A stretch of DNA of 64,000 nucleotides, from the NCBI GenBank assembly GCA_951406725.2, contig OX597840.1:13640001-13704000 (forward strand). Reading direction: 5' to 3'. The notes under the pieces were generated by a model. It searched no databases, was not told where the DNA came from, and saw only the letters and a list, made by a program, of their open reading frames with translations. Shown here piece after piece: positions 38,280 to 51,567 of this stretch. The stretch comes from Octopus vulgaris (Eukaryota). The position numbers and the translations under genes are program-made. Numbering within the stretch: the stretch's first letter is position 1; each line of letters begins with the position of its first letter.

Positions 38280-38640
38280 GTAATTTCTCATCTGGATATA
38301 ATTTGCGAGCACCACATGCACTTCAATGGTTGAAAAGAACCTTTAGCAAATGCCATCAAATTTTCCAATTGATTGACTGTAACCTTGAAGTGCCAATTTG
38401 ATTGTTTGCCCAATCCTTTCGTCTGCACCATTACATTTTGGACGGAAAGTAGGACTTTCAGTTTTCTTGTAACCAAGTCAGTTTAACTATGAATTCAGGT
38501 TCATTTTCTGACACTACTATCACTGGTACTAAAACCTCGAAAAACAGATATTTTCTTAAATTTTCTAAGTTTTTTTAGGGCATTAAATAGGTTTCCAATC
38601 AATTAGTAACCATGTTACCTAGACCAACACATTCCCCATT
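38280..38640 (-). mobile_element. Gypsy-type integrase (rve) relic
   Basis: Minus-strand VPVIVVSENEPEF and SPTFRPKCNGADERIGQTIKLAL match GVP.IIVSDNGPQF and SPYHPQSNGLAER..QTIK.AL. Confidence 0.65.
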
Positions 38641-38911
38641 TAATTTGCTTTATTTTTATTGAGTTCAGCCAGTGGTTGTGGCCATGCTGAGGCACCACTT
38701 TTAGAGTGTATATAATTTTTCAGAGGGCTGTGATAAACGTTATTTATTAGTAGTACAAATAAGCTTTTTAATATGATCTTGGTCCACTTTATCAAAAGAT
38801 TTGACAAATTCATCAGTATCTATAATATATACTAAGGTTAGGCTACTAAACACAGTCCAAGCTTTCTTTAATGTTTATAATATATCCATGTGTGTGTGTA
38901 TGTACTTTTTT

Positions 38912-40791
38912 TACTCTTTTACTTGTTTCAGTCATTCGACAGTGGCCATGCTGGAGCACCGCCTTTGGTCGAGCAAATCGACCCCAGGACTTATTCTTTG
39001 TAAGCCTAGTATTTTTTGCCGAACCACTAAGTTACAGGGATATAAACACACCAGCATCGGTTGTCAAGCGATGCTGGGGGGACAAACACAGACACACAAA
39101 CACAAACACACACATATATATATACACATATACATACGATGGGCTTCTTTCAGTTTCCGTCTATCAAATCCACTCACAAGGCTTTGGTCGGCCTGAGGCT
39201 ATAGTAGAAGACACTTGCCCAAGGTGCCATGCAGTGGGACTGAACCCAGAACCATGTGGTTGGTAAGCAAGTTACTTACCACACAGCCACTCCTGCATAA
39301 GATTTTTGAATAAACAACTAGTTTTTATGAGCTTATTCTCTATTGTCAGTTCAGAGAAATATTAAGTAAATTGTTATTTAAAAAGAAAGTAAAAGAGTTG
39401 GTCAAAACCTATATATTCAATAAAGTGATTTTAAGTGCTAAAATGATATTTAATGTCTTTAACTAATTAAGCATCATCAAAAATTAATTATCATTATCTT
39501 TGTCAGAATGTAATGTATTTGTAAAGAATAAGTCCTGGGGGTCACTTTGCTCGACTAAAGGTGGTGCTCCAGCATGGCTGCAGTCAAATGACTGAAACAA
39601 GTAAAAGAGTAAGAGATTGCCAAGTGTTCCCCTCATATGCGTAGGAGTGGCTGTGTGGTAAGTAGCTTGCTTACAAACTGCATGGTTCCGGGTTCAGTCC
39701 CACTGCATGGCACCTTGAGCAAGTATCTTCTACTATAGCCTCGGGCCGACCAAAGCCTTGTGAGTGGATTTGATAAACGGAAACTGAAAGAAGCCCATCG
39801 TATGTATATGTGTGTGTGTGTGTGTATGTTTGTGTGTCTGTGTTTGTTCTCCCACCATCACTTGACAACCAATGCTGGTTTGTTTATGTCCCTATAACTT
39901 AGCAGTTTGGCAAAAGAGACTGATAGAATAAGTACTAGGCTTACAAAGAATAAGTCCTGGGGTTGATGTGCTCGACTAAAGGCAGTGCTCCAGCATGGCC
40001 ACAGTCAAATGACTGAAACGAGTAAAAGAGTAAAAGAGTGAAGTGTAAGAGTAATGCTGTACCAAAATGATCTGAGTCATATTTTAGTCTAAGAGTAGGA
40101 ATGTCTTAATCAGAAATTTAACCCTTTAGTATTTAAACTTGGCCACACCTGGCCCAAACTAAATGTCCATCTTATGTTCAAACCAGCCAGATCTGGCCTC
40201 TTACACCTACCCTACAATGTCATTCTAAAAATATACACTCAGATCATCAAAATCTTGATGCTATGAGACAATGCGTGATTACTTAAAAACAATGTGAATA
40301 AATAAGTATTAAATTTGAGAGAGTGATCAGAATGCTGAAGGTTTGAACAGTTTGAAAAACATAGGAGGGCGCCACTTGGCAATCTCTTGCTCTTTACTCT
40401 TACTCTTTTACTTGTTTTAGTCATTTGACTGCGACCATTCTGGAGCACCGCCTTTAGTTGAACAAATCGACCTCAGGACTTATTCTTTGTAAGCCTAGTA
40501 TTTATTCTATCAGTGTCTTTTGCCAAACCACTAAGTTACGGGGATGCAAACAAACCAGCAACAGTTGTCAAATGATGTTGGGGAGACAAACACAGACACA
40601 CACACGCACATAAATATACATATATATGACGGGCTTCTTTCAGTTTCCGTCTACCAAATCCACTCACAAGGCATTGGTCGGCCCGAGGCTCTAGTAGAAG
40701 ACACTTGCTCAAAGTGCCACGCAGTGGGACTGAACCTGGAACCATATGGTTGGTAAGCAAGCTACTTACCACACAGCCACTCCTGCACCTA
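38912..40791. mobile_element. Cluster of three family-A SINEs (38912-39297 -, 39639-40038 +, 40391-40791 -) and a piggyBac-like MITE (40120-40343)
   Basis: Consensus matches. Confidence 0.88.
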
Positions 40792-42517
40792 TAATTAAAA
40801 AATCTAGCGACGTGTGAAATTCTGTTGAGCATTTCGTCCAGTGTGCTGACAATTCTGCCAGCTCACCGCTTTGCTGAGAAACATTGAGTTTCTTTGAAAA
40901 AAATGTATTCTGAAGACCTTTCCCTGATAAAAAAAAAGTGTTCAATCTTTCACCATAACATACCAATGCCACATAGACTGCACTTTCGCTATTACTCAAA
41001 TATCTCTTAAAGGGCTGTTCTTGATGTGTTGCTCATGTAATGACATTCTTTTTTGGTTGCAAGAGACTCTTAGGTATAAACCAAAAATGATAGTCTATCA
41101 ACCCCAAAAAATTTTTCAATTTCTTCTTTTAATCTAAGAACACTAATCTGCTTGCCTATGTGATGGTTTGATCCTCTCCTTTGAAATATTAATTCCTGAA
41201 AAATCTATAGAAAATGTGTGATTAATACATTTACTTGGGTTAATCAATACAGAGGCTCCTTTCAGACCAGCAATAAATGAATTTTCTTGATTCTTCAATT
41301 AATTCTAGGTTGCTGAAAAATGAGCTTGTCTTCTTGATAAATAATTACGTTAGTAAATTCATTTCGCTATCGACTGTTCAATGAAGGAAAACGTTGTTGC
41401 TATTTTTTGAGATCCATTTGATATCTTCTGCAAAGTAAAAGATCATACTCTTTTAATCAATTGAGGTAAAAGACAGTCAACCGTATATGAGTGAACATTG
41501 TTTCAAGACGAAGACTTGGATAAGGAAATTCTAGGCTGAGGGAAAAGTTTGTGCGCTGTGAGTTACCATGATATGAACTGAATGAACCACAAAAATATAT
41601 ATAAAAAGCATTATTTTAACATGGTGCACAAACTTTTTCCTCAACCAAATATTTAAGCTTTGTCATTCAAATGTACTTTGTATTGGCACAAGTTTTTAAT
41701 TTACCATTTTTCAAACCTAAACAGTTGGTTATAAATCGTCGACACCTTCATACAGACAGCAATTTTGATTCTCATCAGTTCAAGATTGTGAAATTTATTT
41801 TCAATTCCTTTTTTAAGTGTACTGGAATTAAGCAAACACCAAACAGATTTCATTTCTATATTGACCTTGTATCTTTGTCTTGTTTCAGTCATTAGACTGT
41901 GGCCATGCTGGGGCAGCACCCTTGAAGAATTTTTAGTTCAATGAATCAACCCCAGAATTTATTTTCCTCTTTTTCTTTAAGCCTGGTAATTATTCTATCA
42001 GTTTCTTTTGCTGAACCACTGAGTTACGGAGATGTAAACACACCAACACTGATTGTCAAGTGATGATGGGGTACAAACACTGATATAAAGACATAGTTAT
42101 ATAAATATGTTGGGCTTCTTTCAGTTTCCATCTACAAATCCACTCATAAGGCTTTGGTTCGCCTGGGGCTATAATAGAAGATGCTTGCCCAAAGTGTCAA
42201 GCAGTGGGACTGAACCCAGAACTATGTGGTTGGGAAGCCATGCCTGTGCCTATAAGTTATTTTTTTAAATCTTTTATGTATTTCATTCATTAGACTGTGG
42301 CCATGCTGGGGCACCACCTTGAATTTTTAGTTGAATGTATTGACCACAAGACTTATTTTTAAAACCTGGTACTTATTCTATTGGTCATTTTTGACAAACC
42401 GCTAAGTTATGGGAGACATAAACACACCAGCACTGGTTGTCAAGTGGTGATGGGCGACAAACACAGACACAAAGACACACACATATATATATACTTGTAT
42501 ATATATATATAAGCTTT

Positions 42518-42812
42518 TGTGGAGGCGTAATGGCCCAGTGGTTAGAGCAGCGGACTCATGGTCGTAGGATTGCAGTTTCAATTCCCAGACCAGGCGTTGT
42601 GAGTGTTTATTGAGTGAAAACACCTAAAAGCTCCACGATGCTCCGGCAGGGGGTGGTGGTGATCCCTGCTGTACTCTTTTGCCACAACTTTCTCTCACTC
42701 TTTCTTCTGTTGGCCTGCTCGCTTAGCCAGCGGGGTGGGGTCATTTGAAGGCTAAAACAATGCAAAGCGCATTGTGACCAGCGATGTGTAGCAACATCTG
42801 ATAGCCTGGTCG
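42518..42812 (+). mobile_element. tRNA-derived SINE inserted at a (TA)n tract, 13-bp TSD
   Basis: TSD atatataagcttt at 42505-42517 and 42819-42831; A box TGGCCCAGTGG and B box GTTTCAATTCC. Confidence 0.85.
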
Positions 42813-43282
42813 AAAAAAATATATAAGCTTTCATAGAATAAGCCCTGGGGTCAATTTGTTCGACTAATGGTGGTGCTCCAGCATGGCCACAGTCAAATGA
42901 CTGAAATAAATAAGAGAATAATAATAATATGGCAAATATCACAGACTAGGGCCATAAACTTCTTGCTCCCTCTTCCTCTTTTGCACCTCTCTGCCTCTGC
43001 TATTTACTCATCTTCCTTTTCATTCTTCCTTTCTGATATTTCGTTATCTTTTTCCTTTCTTTTCTTTCTCACAGTGTCCAATAATAAAATTGACTAATAA
43101 AAGAAATAATGATAAACTTTAAGCTTATAACGTTTTTATTGGTGGTAGTCACAAAAAGAAAAAAAAAAAAGAAATATAGTAACATGGAGTATCTTTCACA
43201 ATATTGACACTGAATAATCTACAAATCCACAGCTAAAAAGGTTAGTAACCACAAAGATGAAGTCAAGCAAAGCTGTTTTATT

Positions 43283-43347
<65 letters not shown>

Positions 43348-43616
43348 TGTGTGTGTTATCTATATACATATAAAAAACCTTTGTATCTCTGTCTGTTCCC
43401 AATGCATTCACAAACGGCTCAACCAAATCAAATTAAATTTTACATGGCAATACTATAAGACCCTAGGAGTGTGTCAACGTGTAATTTTTTAGGATTAAAA
43501 CAATGCAACATTGGCACTGGTTCTGTATTATATCTCAGAACTCAAAGAATAAAAGTAAAAGTTATTACTATTCGACAATGTAATAGTTATAAAGTTTCAG
43601 TTCTATATAGTTTCAC

Positions 43617-43653
<37 letters not shown>

Positions 43654-43736
43654 GTATATCTTTGTATATATATGTGCATATATTTATGTATGTGTATATA
43701 TGTGTATGTATGAGTGTATGTGTGTATATATATATT

Positions 43737-43780
<44 letters not shown>

Positions 43781-44100
43781 ATAATAAATCTCTGAACGAG
43801 GTATAAACAGTAACTGCATGACAATGTGAGGTATATTTGCCATCTCAATATGGCTAACCACTAAGGGTGGATGTTACTGTAGCTTGTAGCCCCAGGAGAA
43901 CATCGTCTCCAGCTGGCTTTAGGCACACTTTCTGTGCCCTTATGGTATTTGCAAAGGGAGGTCATCCTTCCCTCGTCAACCTAAGTGATACGCACAGACC
44001 GCAGCTTCTGGGTATTGACCCGTCATCAGCGCACGACAATCACCGGTTTTCGAGGAAAGGAGTCCCAATGCAAATATTCATATCCTTTTTCCAGTAACTT
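43781..44100 (-). mobile_element. PLE-like terminal fragment ending at (TA)n
   Basis: Contains an HHR; its 3' end abuts the microsatellite. Confidence 0.6.
43991..44035 (-). ncRNA. Minimal hammerhead ribozyme (A15.1G mutant copy)
   Basis: cgugcg-CUGAUGA-c-GGGU caau ACCC-a-GAAG-cugcg-GUC-ugugcg. Confidence 0.7.
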
Positions 44101-44154
44101 TTCGTCACTGATCAGTTTGCTGAAAGGGGGAAGAAACTTGCAAGAATGGTGCGT

Positions 44155-44552
44155 GTGAGCTGGCAGAAACATTAGCATGCCGGACGAAATGGTTAGTGTT
44201 ATTTTGTCTGCCGCTATGTTCTGAGTTCAAATTCCACCGAGGTCAACTTTGCCTTTCATCCTTTCGGGGTCGATTAAATAAGTACCAGTTATGCACTGAG
44301 GTCGATATAATCGACTTAATCCATTTGTCTGTTCTTGTTTGTTCTCTCTATGTTTAGCCCCTTGTGGGTAGTGAAGAAATAGGTATTTCGTCTGCCTTTA
44401 CTTTCTGAGTTCAAACTCTGCCGAGGTCAACTTTGCTTTTCATCCTATCGGGGTCGATAAATAAAGTACCAGTTACGCACTGGGGTCGATGTAATTGACT
44501 TACTTCCTTTGTCTGTCCTTGTTTGTCCCCTCTATGTAGGCAATAAAGAAAT
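44155..44552 (+). mobile_element. SINE family C dimer, 17-bp TSD
   Basis: aagaatggtg(c/t)gtgtga at 44142-44158 and 44553-44569. Confidence 0.88.
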
Positions 44553-44825
44553 AAGAATGGTGTGTGTGAAAGGGCCTGCCCAGAACATATGACTGTGGTT
44601 GAGAAAAAAGGAAAGAAAAAAAAGGTACCTGCCCTTAAAGTCAGGGTATCATCCATGGGTTTTATGTTGTTTTTCTGTGAGCAGCCCTTTGTGAATCTGT
44701 ATTTTCTTTGTTTATACAGAAAACCCTCGAAGTAACACACACACACACACACACATTCTTTGTTTTGTCCTGAACTGTCCTTAATGTTTTTCTTAATGTA
44801 AACCCTTTGTAGTAAATTAAAAAAG

Positions 44826-44868
44826 AATTATTATTATTATTATTATTATCATTGTAGTTGTTGTTGTT

Positions 44869-44931
<63 letters not shown>

Positions 44932-44968
44932 TTGGTGGTGGTGGTGGTGGTGGTGGTAGTAATAGTAA

Positions 44969-45019
<51 letters not shown>

Positions 45020-45037
45020 GTGTAGTAGTGGTAGTAG

Positions 45038-45071
<34 letters not shown>
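44826..45071. repeat. Compound trinucleotide microsatellite (TTA)(TTG)(CAG)(TAG)(TGG)(TAG)
   Basis: Directly visible. Confidence 0.95.
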
Positions 45072-45165
45072 TCAGAACCAATGAAAGCTGTGTGACAATG
45101 CCTCGTCTGTCATCGATTTATCTGTGTAACAGAGGCAGGAGATTGTCATATTGATGCATTTCCTA

Positions 45166-45199
<34 letters not shown>

Positions 45200-45226
45200 G
45201 TTTTTTCATACTTACACACAGACATA

Positions 45227-45276
<50 letters not shown>

Positions 45277-45574
45277 TTTGTAAGAGATAACTCAGGTGAT
45301 CCAATGCTGCAAATTTAGATAATTCATTTGTTGTTCTGCCAATTTCTTTTCTCTGCTTCTTCCTCTTCATCTTACTAACATCTGACTTGCCTTTCCATTA
45401 ATTCTCATCTTTCACATCCTGTTAAGAAATGCTGTTAAGACTCCAGTGGTTTCTTATGGAACTCTGTTCGTTTTTGTTACCCAGATAAACATGACCTTAA
45501 TTCTTTTAACTCTTGTCTTGATTATTTACATTATTTACATTTGACAGACACTTGTCCTCATCTTGTTTGTTGTT

Positions 45575-45620
45575 AACACAACGTTTTGGGTGATATACCC
45601 TAAAACCTTCATCAGGTGTC
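45575..45620 (-). ncRNA. Degenerate minimal hammerhead ribozyme within a repeat spanning about 45520-46137
   Basis: gacac-CUGAUGA-a...GGGU auauc ACCC-AAAA(G12A)-CG-U-U-guguu. Confidence 0.6.
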
Positions 45621-45646
45621 AATTCCAGGCAGTGACCTGAATAATG

Positions 45647-45692
<46 letters not shown>

Positions 45693-46521
45693 TAATAATA
45701 ATAATAATAAATCTCTGGGCTTCTGATCTTAACTGATTGGAAGTGTTATTATGTACGTTGTTTTGTCTTGGTATAAAAGATGGGCTACAGCAAATATTCT
45801 GCTCAATACCACAGATTTGCTTGTCAGTTGTTTGACCTTAACCAGTTGAGCATGTCCCTTAGTGGCTGACGATATGTGCATCTCTGATCACGAGTAGAAG
45901 TAGTGGGGGAGCATCATAGCTATTTGTTGAGAAGGATTCTTTGGGGTTTGGATAATTCACCTTTGGAAACATGGGTGGTTCGTTCAACATCCATAAAACA
46001 TCCCTTATTCAAGGACATTTTGAGCAGGATGGCCTACCTGACTGGAAGAAAATTCTAACGGGGCCCCACCTGCAAGGTCATGTGCTGTTTATCTTGACAT
46101 GAGATCACCATGTTGCGCACATATGGTTGTGATGCAAGTACTAGGCTTGCAAAAAATAAGTCCTCAGAAGGATTTGTTCAACTAAATGGCGGTGCTCCAG
46201 CATGACTACAGTAAAATGACTGAAACAAGTAAAAGGATAAAACACAAAAGCCATGGACTATTAATATGCGAGGAACGAAGAATAACAACAGTGATGCGGC
46301 CATATACAGAAGAACCACCATTTTGGGCCAAACGAGGAACACAAGAGATCCAAATGATGGCAGTGTTGTTGTTAGTGTTGGTGATTGTGATGTAATGCTG
46401 ATGCGGATAATGGTGGCAGTGATGGTGGTAGTGGCACTCATTGTGGCACTAATGGTATAGTGTACTGAATTGTATTGGAGGTAGTTGGGGAGGTAGCGGT
46501 GATTTTAATGGTGTGATGGAG

Positions 46522-46763
46522 TTACTCTTTTACTTGTTTCAGTCATTTGACTGTGGCCATGCTGGAGCACCGCCTTTAGTTGAGCAAATCAACCCCAGGA
46601 CTTATTCTTTGTAAGCCCAGTACTTATTCTATCGGACTCTTTTGCCAAACCGCTAAGTTACGGGGACGTAAACACACCAGCATCGGTTGTCAAACGATGT
46701 TGGGGGGGGACAAACACAGATACACACAAACATATACACGCACATGCATATATATCTATATCT

Positions 46764-46814
<51 letters not shown>

Positions 46815-47179
46815 CTTGCTTGCTTAGCCAGCAGTATAGTGTCATATGAAAGCTAAAAAACAATGCGAAGTGCATTGTGACCAGCGATATATAGCAACAT
46901 CTGATAGCCTGGTCAGTCACGGTCACGGTGATATATATATATATTTCAATAATGAGGGAGATAAATTAATATTAATTTTAATATCAATTTAAAACCAGTA
47001 GTCCAGCATACAAAAAATCTGAGAAGTCAGAGAAAATTCTAATATATGTGTATATTGGCAGGGCCAGATTGCTAGGTAGTTGGCCAAATACTAGAAATAG
47101 ATCATCAACGATCAAACTACAAAGGGAATTCTCTAGAGGAAAAATTCAGTGACGCCGACTACCTAGCAGTCTGGCCCTG

Positions 47180-47218
<39 letters not shown>

Positions 47219-47381
47219 CGGGCTTCTTTCAGTTTCCATCTACCAAATCCACTCACAAGGCTTTGGTCGGCTCGAGTCTACTGTAGAAGAGAGACTTGCC
47301 CAAGGTGCCATGCAGTGGGACTGAACCCAGAACCATGTGGTTGGTAAGCAAGCTACTTACCACACAGCCACTCCTATGCCT
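46522..47381 (-). mobile_element. SINE family A split at its microsatellite by a SINE tail (46811-46930) and a PLE-like fragment
   Basis: Halves at 46522-46745 and 47215-47381. Confidence 0.85.
46945..47187 (-). mobile_element. PLE-like fragment with 34-bp fold-back (same family as 53165-53435)
   Basis: Arms 47051-47084 / 47154-47187; the left 90 bp is homologous to 53168-53265. Confidence 0.65.
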
Positions 47382-47568
47382 AGAGTTGGTAACATTGATC
47401 TTTCTTTTTTTCACCACAGGGGATAATCCCCCCAACCCTACTACTATCTTGCTGTCTCACTGTGTGTGTATAAGTGACTGCAGTGTCTGTATGACAGTAT
47501 GTGTCTGTGTGACTGTCAGTATGTGTGAGATATATGGGTGTATATATATATATGTCTATGTGTAACAT

Positions 47569-47797
47569 CTACAGTAATTCCTCGACTATCATGGGTCTCA
47601 TGTTCCAAAACACTCCCGCGATAGATGAAAATCTGCAGAATAGACATAGTACTGTACTGTGTATTTTTTTATTATTATTTTCATAATTTGTATATATTTA
47701 TTTTATTACAAATGCAAAGTAAAACACCATGGAGGAATTGATGTAAGCTTAAATAATAAACCACGATAGGTGAACTGCAATATGGCATGGGATTCTC
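47569..47797. mobile_element. Degenerate Tigger/pogo-like MITE
   Basis: Starts TA-CAGTAATTCCTCGACTATC; degenerate right end gcaatatggcatgggatt. Confidence 0.45.
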
Positions 47798-47800
47798 TTT

Positions 47801-48190
47801 TTCTCTTTTACTTGTTTCAGTCATTTGACTGCGGCCATGCTGGAGCACCGCCTTTAGTCGAGCAAATCGACCCCGGGACTTATTCTTTGTAAGCCCAGTA
47901 CTTATTCTATCGATCTCTTTTGCCGAACTGCTAAGTGACAGGGACGTAAACACACCAGCATCGGTTGTCAAGCAATGCTAGGGGGACAAACACAGACACA
48001 CAAACACATATATATATATACATATATACGACAGGCTTCTTTCAGTTTCCATCTACCAAATCCACTCACAAGGCATTGGTCGGCCCGGGGCTATATCAGA
48101 AGACACTTGCCCAAGATGCCACGCAGTGGGACTGAACCCGCAACCATGTGGTTGGTTAGCAAGCTACTTACCACACAGCCACGCCTGCGC

Positions 48191-48192
<2 letters not shown>
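47801..48192 (-). mobile_element. SINE family A
   Basis: Same consensus. Confidence 0.9.
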
Positions 48193-48236
<44 letters not shown>

Positions 48237-48254
48237 ACAAAAAATGTGTGTGTA

Positions 48255-48865
48255 CCCAATGACTGGTATAGCAGCACCATAGTCAACTGCTAAAAGGGTA
48301 AAGGTGATGCTCAAGATAGAAATAACTACAGGGGTATCAAACTGCTGGATCAGGTGATGAAGGTCATGGAGAGGGTCATAGCCCATCCCACTAGGGAGAG
48401 AGTTTGCTTAGATGAGATGCAGTTCAGTTTTGTGCCGGGTAGAAGCACCACTGATGCCATATTCCTAGTTGGACAACTGCAGGAGGAGAAATACCTAGCT
48501 AAAGATAAACCCCTATACTTAGTTTTTGTGAACTTGGAGAAAGCCTTTGACAGGGTCCCCCGATCCCTTATCTGGTGGGCGATTCGGAAACTAGAGATTG
48601 ACAAATGGTTAATAAGGGCTGTACAGGCCCCATACAGAGAGACCGTTAGTAAGATTAGGATTGGCAACGAGTATAGTGAAGAATTCCGGGTAGGGGTCCA
48701 CCAAGGTTCAGCCCTCAGTCCCCTTCTATTCCTCATAGTCCTCCAGGCAATAACAGGAATTCAAGATGGGTTGCCCCTGGGAGCTCCTCTATGCTGATGA
48801 CCTGGCCCTCATAGCAGAATCACTACCGGAACTAGAAAAGAAATTTTGGGTGTGGAAGCAAGGTC
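48255..48865 (+). mobile_element. RTE-clade LINE reverse transcriptase core fragment (frameshifted)
   Basis: NYRGIKLL, QFSFVPGRSTTDAIF, FVNLEKAFDRVPR and GVHQGSALSPLLF, then LYADDL in another frame. Confidence 0.93.
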
Positions 48866-48954
48866 TACACACACACACACACACGTGATCTCTTAAGCAC
48901 CACCAGCTCAAATATTTTCTCCTCTGTCTCCCCTCTTTGGGATCTTTCCTTCTT

Positions 48955-48989
48955 GTTTCCGACGAAGAGCTCCGCTCGAAACGTTAAAC
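48955..48989 (+). ncRNA. Minimal hammerhead ribozyme (U4C variant) in a PLE-like fragment at 48885-49108
   Basis: guuu-CCGACGA-a-GAGC ucc GCUC-GAAA-CG-U-U-aaac; palindrome AACGUU; the fragment ends in (TA)n. Confidence 0.7.
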
Positions 48990-49111
48990 CCTCCTTCCCT
49001 TCTTTCCTGAGCGTCAATAATACTTTAATTGTTCCACGTCCTGCGTTGCTGTGTTTTTTTCTCTTTTTTTTCTCTTTTTTTCTGTGTTTTCTTGTTTGGA
49101 TTAACTTTATA

Positions 49112-49198
<87 letters not shown>

Positions 49199-49833
49199 GA
49201 GTATATATGTGTATACACACACACACACACATATATTAGCAACTAATAGGGTATTTAATCTATATTTGTATGGTGTGATGTATTTCCAAATTTTCTAACT
49301 TAATTATTTATTCAGTTGATATATACTTTGGGTAATTGAACACTCTGGTCAATACATCAATGTATCTTGCTTGAAACCAATGGAGATACTGTTACATGTG
49401 TGTATGTGTGTATACATGAATGTGTGCACACATATATATGCGTGTGTGTGTATGTGTGTGTGTGTGTATGTATGTATGTGTGTGTGTGTATGTGCATGCA
49501 TGTTTGTGTTTGTGTGTGTGTGTGTGTCAGTGTCTTTACATCATGTGATAGTTGCAAATAACTGTCCTTTGATTCCAATCTTCTGTGAAATCATATCTGG
49601 GGGCGTGAGATATTTTTCCCCTTCCCTGGGAGACAGGTGTGGTTTGACAACAGGATGAATGTCCAACTGAAGAAAATCTACCTCAATGAAAACCTGTTTC
49701 ATTCATGCAGTCATGGGAAAGTAAGGCATGAAGTAAGGCATGTGTAAAATTTGAATGAAATTGGTTGTGTAGTTCTCAAGTTTTAGGGAAACACACAGAC
49801 AGACAGACACACATTCTCAGTTATATATATATA

Positions 49834-51035
49834 CTAGCTTAAGGTGACCCGCTCTACGCGCGGGTAAGAGTGTGGTTGTTATTTTCTGTTGCATCCTTTC
49901 GGCACGTAAAAAGCACCATCCGAACGTGGCCGATGGCAGCGCCGCCTTGACTGGCTTCTGTGCCGGTGGCACGTAAAAAACACCAACCGATCGTGGCCGC
50001 TGCCAATGCCCTTCTCCCCGTGGCACCTGTGCCAGTGGCACGAAAAAAACATCCACTACAATCACGGAGTGGTTGGCGTTAGGAAGGGCATCCAGCTGTA
50101 GAAACACTGCCAATCAGACTGGAGCCTGGTGCAGCCTCCTGGCTTCCCAGACCCGGCCAAACCATCCAACCTGTGCTAGCACGGAAAACGGATGTTAAAC
50201 GATGATGATGATGATGATGATTCTCCCTCTTTGTTTCTCTCTCCTTTCTCTCTCCCTTTCCCACTCTCTTACTCTTCCTTTCTCTCGGACTCTCCCTCGC
50301 TTTCTCTTACTCTCTATCTTTATCTATCTCTCTCCTATTTATAAACAACAAAAGATCTTGAGTAAGTTGAGAAAGAAAGTAGTTTGAAAGATCAATCATA
50401 AATATCAGGCAGTGACAACGGAAAGGTCTGCTTCAAGGCAGAAAGCAAAACGCTAACATTTAAAAGGGACAGACGAACTTGCGAGCTGAATAAAAATAAA
50501 AAAATATTGGAAACCATAGTTTGAAAGGATAGAATCTGAGGATAGTAGTGTCACCATGGCTGGCATTTCTTAACGACGGACAGTAACATAGTGGCAGTTT
50601 AACGGCTGGCGTAAAATTTTGAACTTGATGTAAAAGAAAATTCATAAACACCAAGCTTTGAAGTGATTCTTTCTCACGACAGTAGACTCACCATGGCAAG
50701 CATTCAAAACTTCTTCATCATGGACGGCAACACATTGAAGATTTAAAGGCTGGCGCAAATTTTTTAGCTTCATGTAACAGAGAATTCCTAAACACCCGCT
50801 CCTGTAAATTTTAATCACCTTCCAGCCCCATTTAGACCCCTTTTCACATTTTGGTTAATATAACTCGATTTCATTCGGGTCTACTCGGGTCACATTTTAT
50901 AAGATGAAGAATTTTGTCCTAGAGGTCACGCCTTTCATTTGAGGAAAAAAATAGTTGCCATGCAAACTCGCCAGCACTTTTAACATAGGTGTGCATATTT
51001 TCAGCACAACCGACCACATAATGCACACATTATAT
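49834..51035 (-). mobile_element. Non-autonomous Helitron with an RTE tail inserted at 49900-50220; a second Helitron-like 5' end at 49742-49830
   Basis: Minus-strand hairpin ACCCGC gcgtaga GCGGGT about 10 nt before CTAG-T (49834-49837); internal imperfect direct repeat 50551-50653 / 50689-50795. Confidence 0.75.
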
Positions 51036-51567
51036 ATATATATATACACGCATTATATATATATATATGTGTGTGTGTGTACGCATTATATATACAAATG
51101 TATACAAATTATATATATATATATATTATATTAAATTAGAGATAAAACCACTATTAGGCAAATCAAACAGTGAAAAACATAAACGTAAACATAAAAAGAT
51201 TAATATAATATACAAAATATATAAAATATAAAATTAAAAAATTAAAATTATTTATCAGATTATTGAATAATCCTTCCATTTAATGTTAATTTGCTTTTCT
51301 ATATCTTGACATAAAGATAAAGATTAATGTGTGTGTGTGTGTGCAGCTGCATGCACACCTGTAAATCACTATATCATACTGAAATAATTCCAGGTATTTA
51401 TGTTTTGGTTACTTCCATTACTTGCAAGTCAACATTGCTTTTCTTTTTTTACCAGATCAACGGAACTGACCGACTGACCAATACTCTTGAAGACATTGAA
51501 CATACAGCCACTCCTACGCCTATGTATAACTTCTTGCTTACTTCCCCACCAATGTCCTGCAAATCAT

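Noticed and set aside
41368-41445. Minus-strand exon after tcttttactttgcag
   Set aside because: The frames checked contain stops, there is no recognisable protein, and the donor is weak.
42518-42600. tRNA genes at SINE heads
   Set aside because: A/B boxes are present, but the sequences run into SINE bodies with TSDs and lack a complete cloverleaf and terminator.
44662-45081. Poly-Tyr/His/Cys/Asn protein
   Set aside because: Compound microsatellite with no splice or complexity support.
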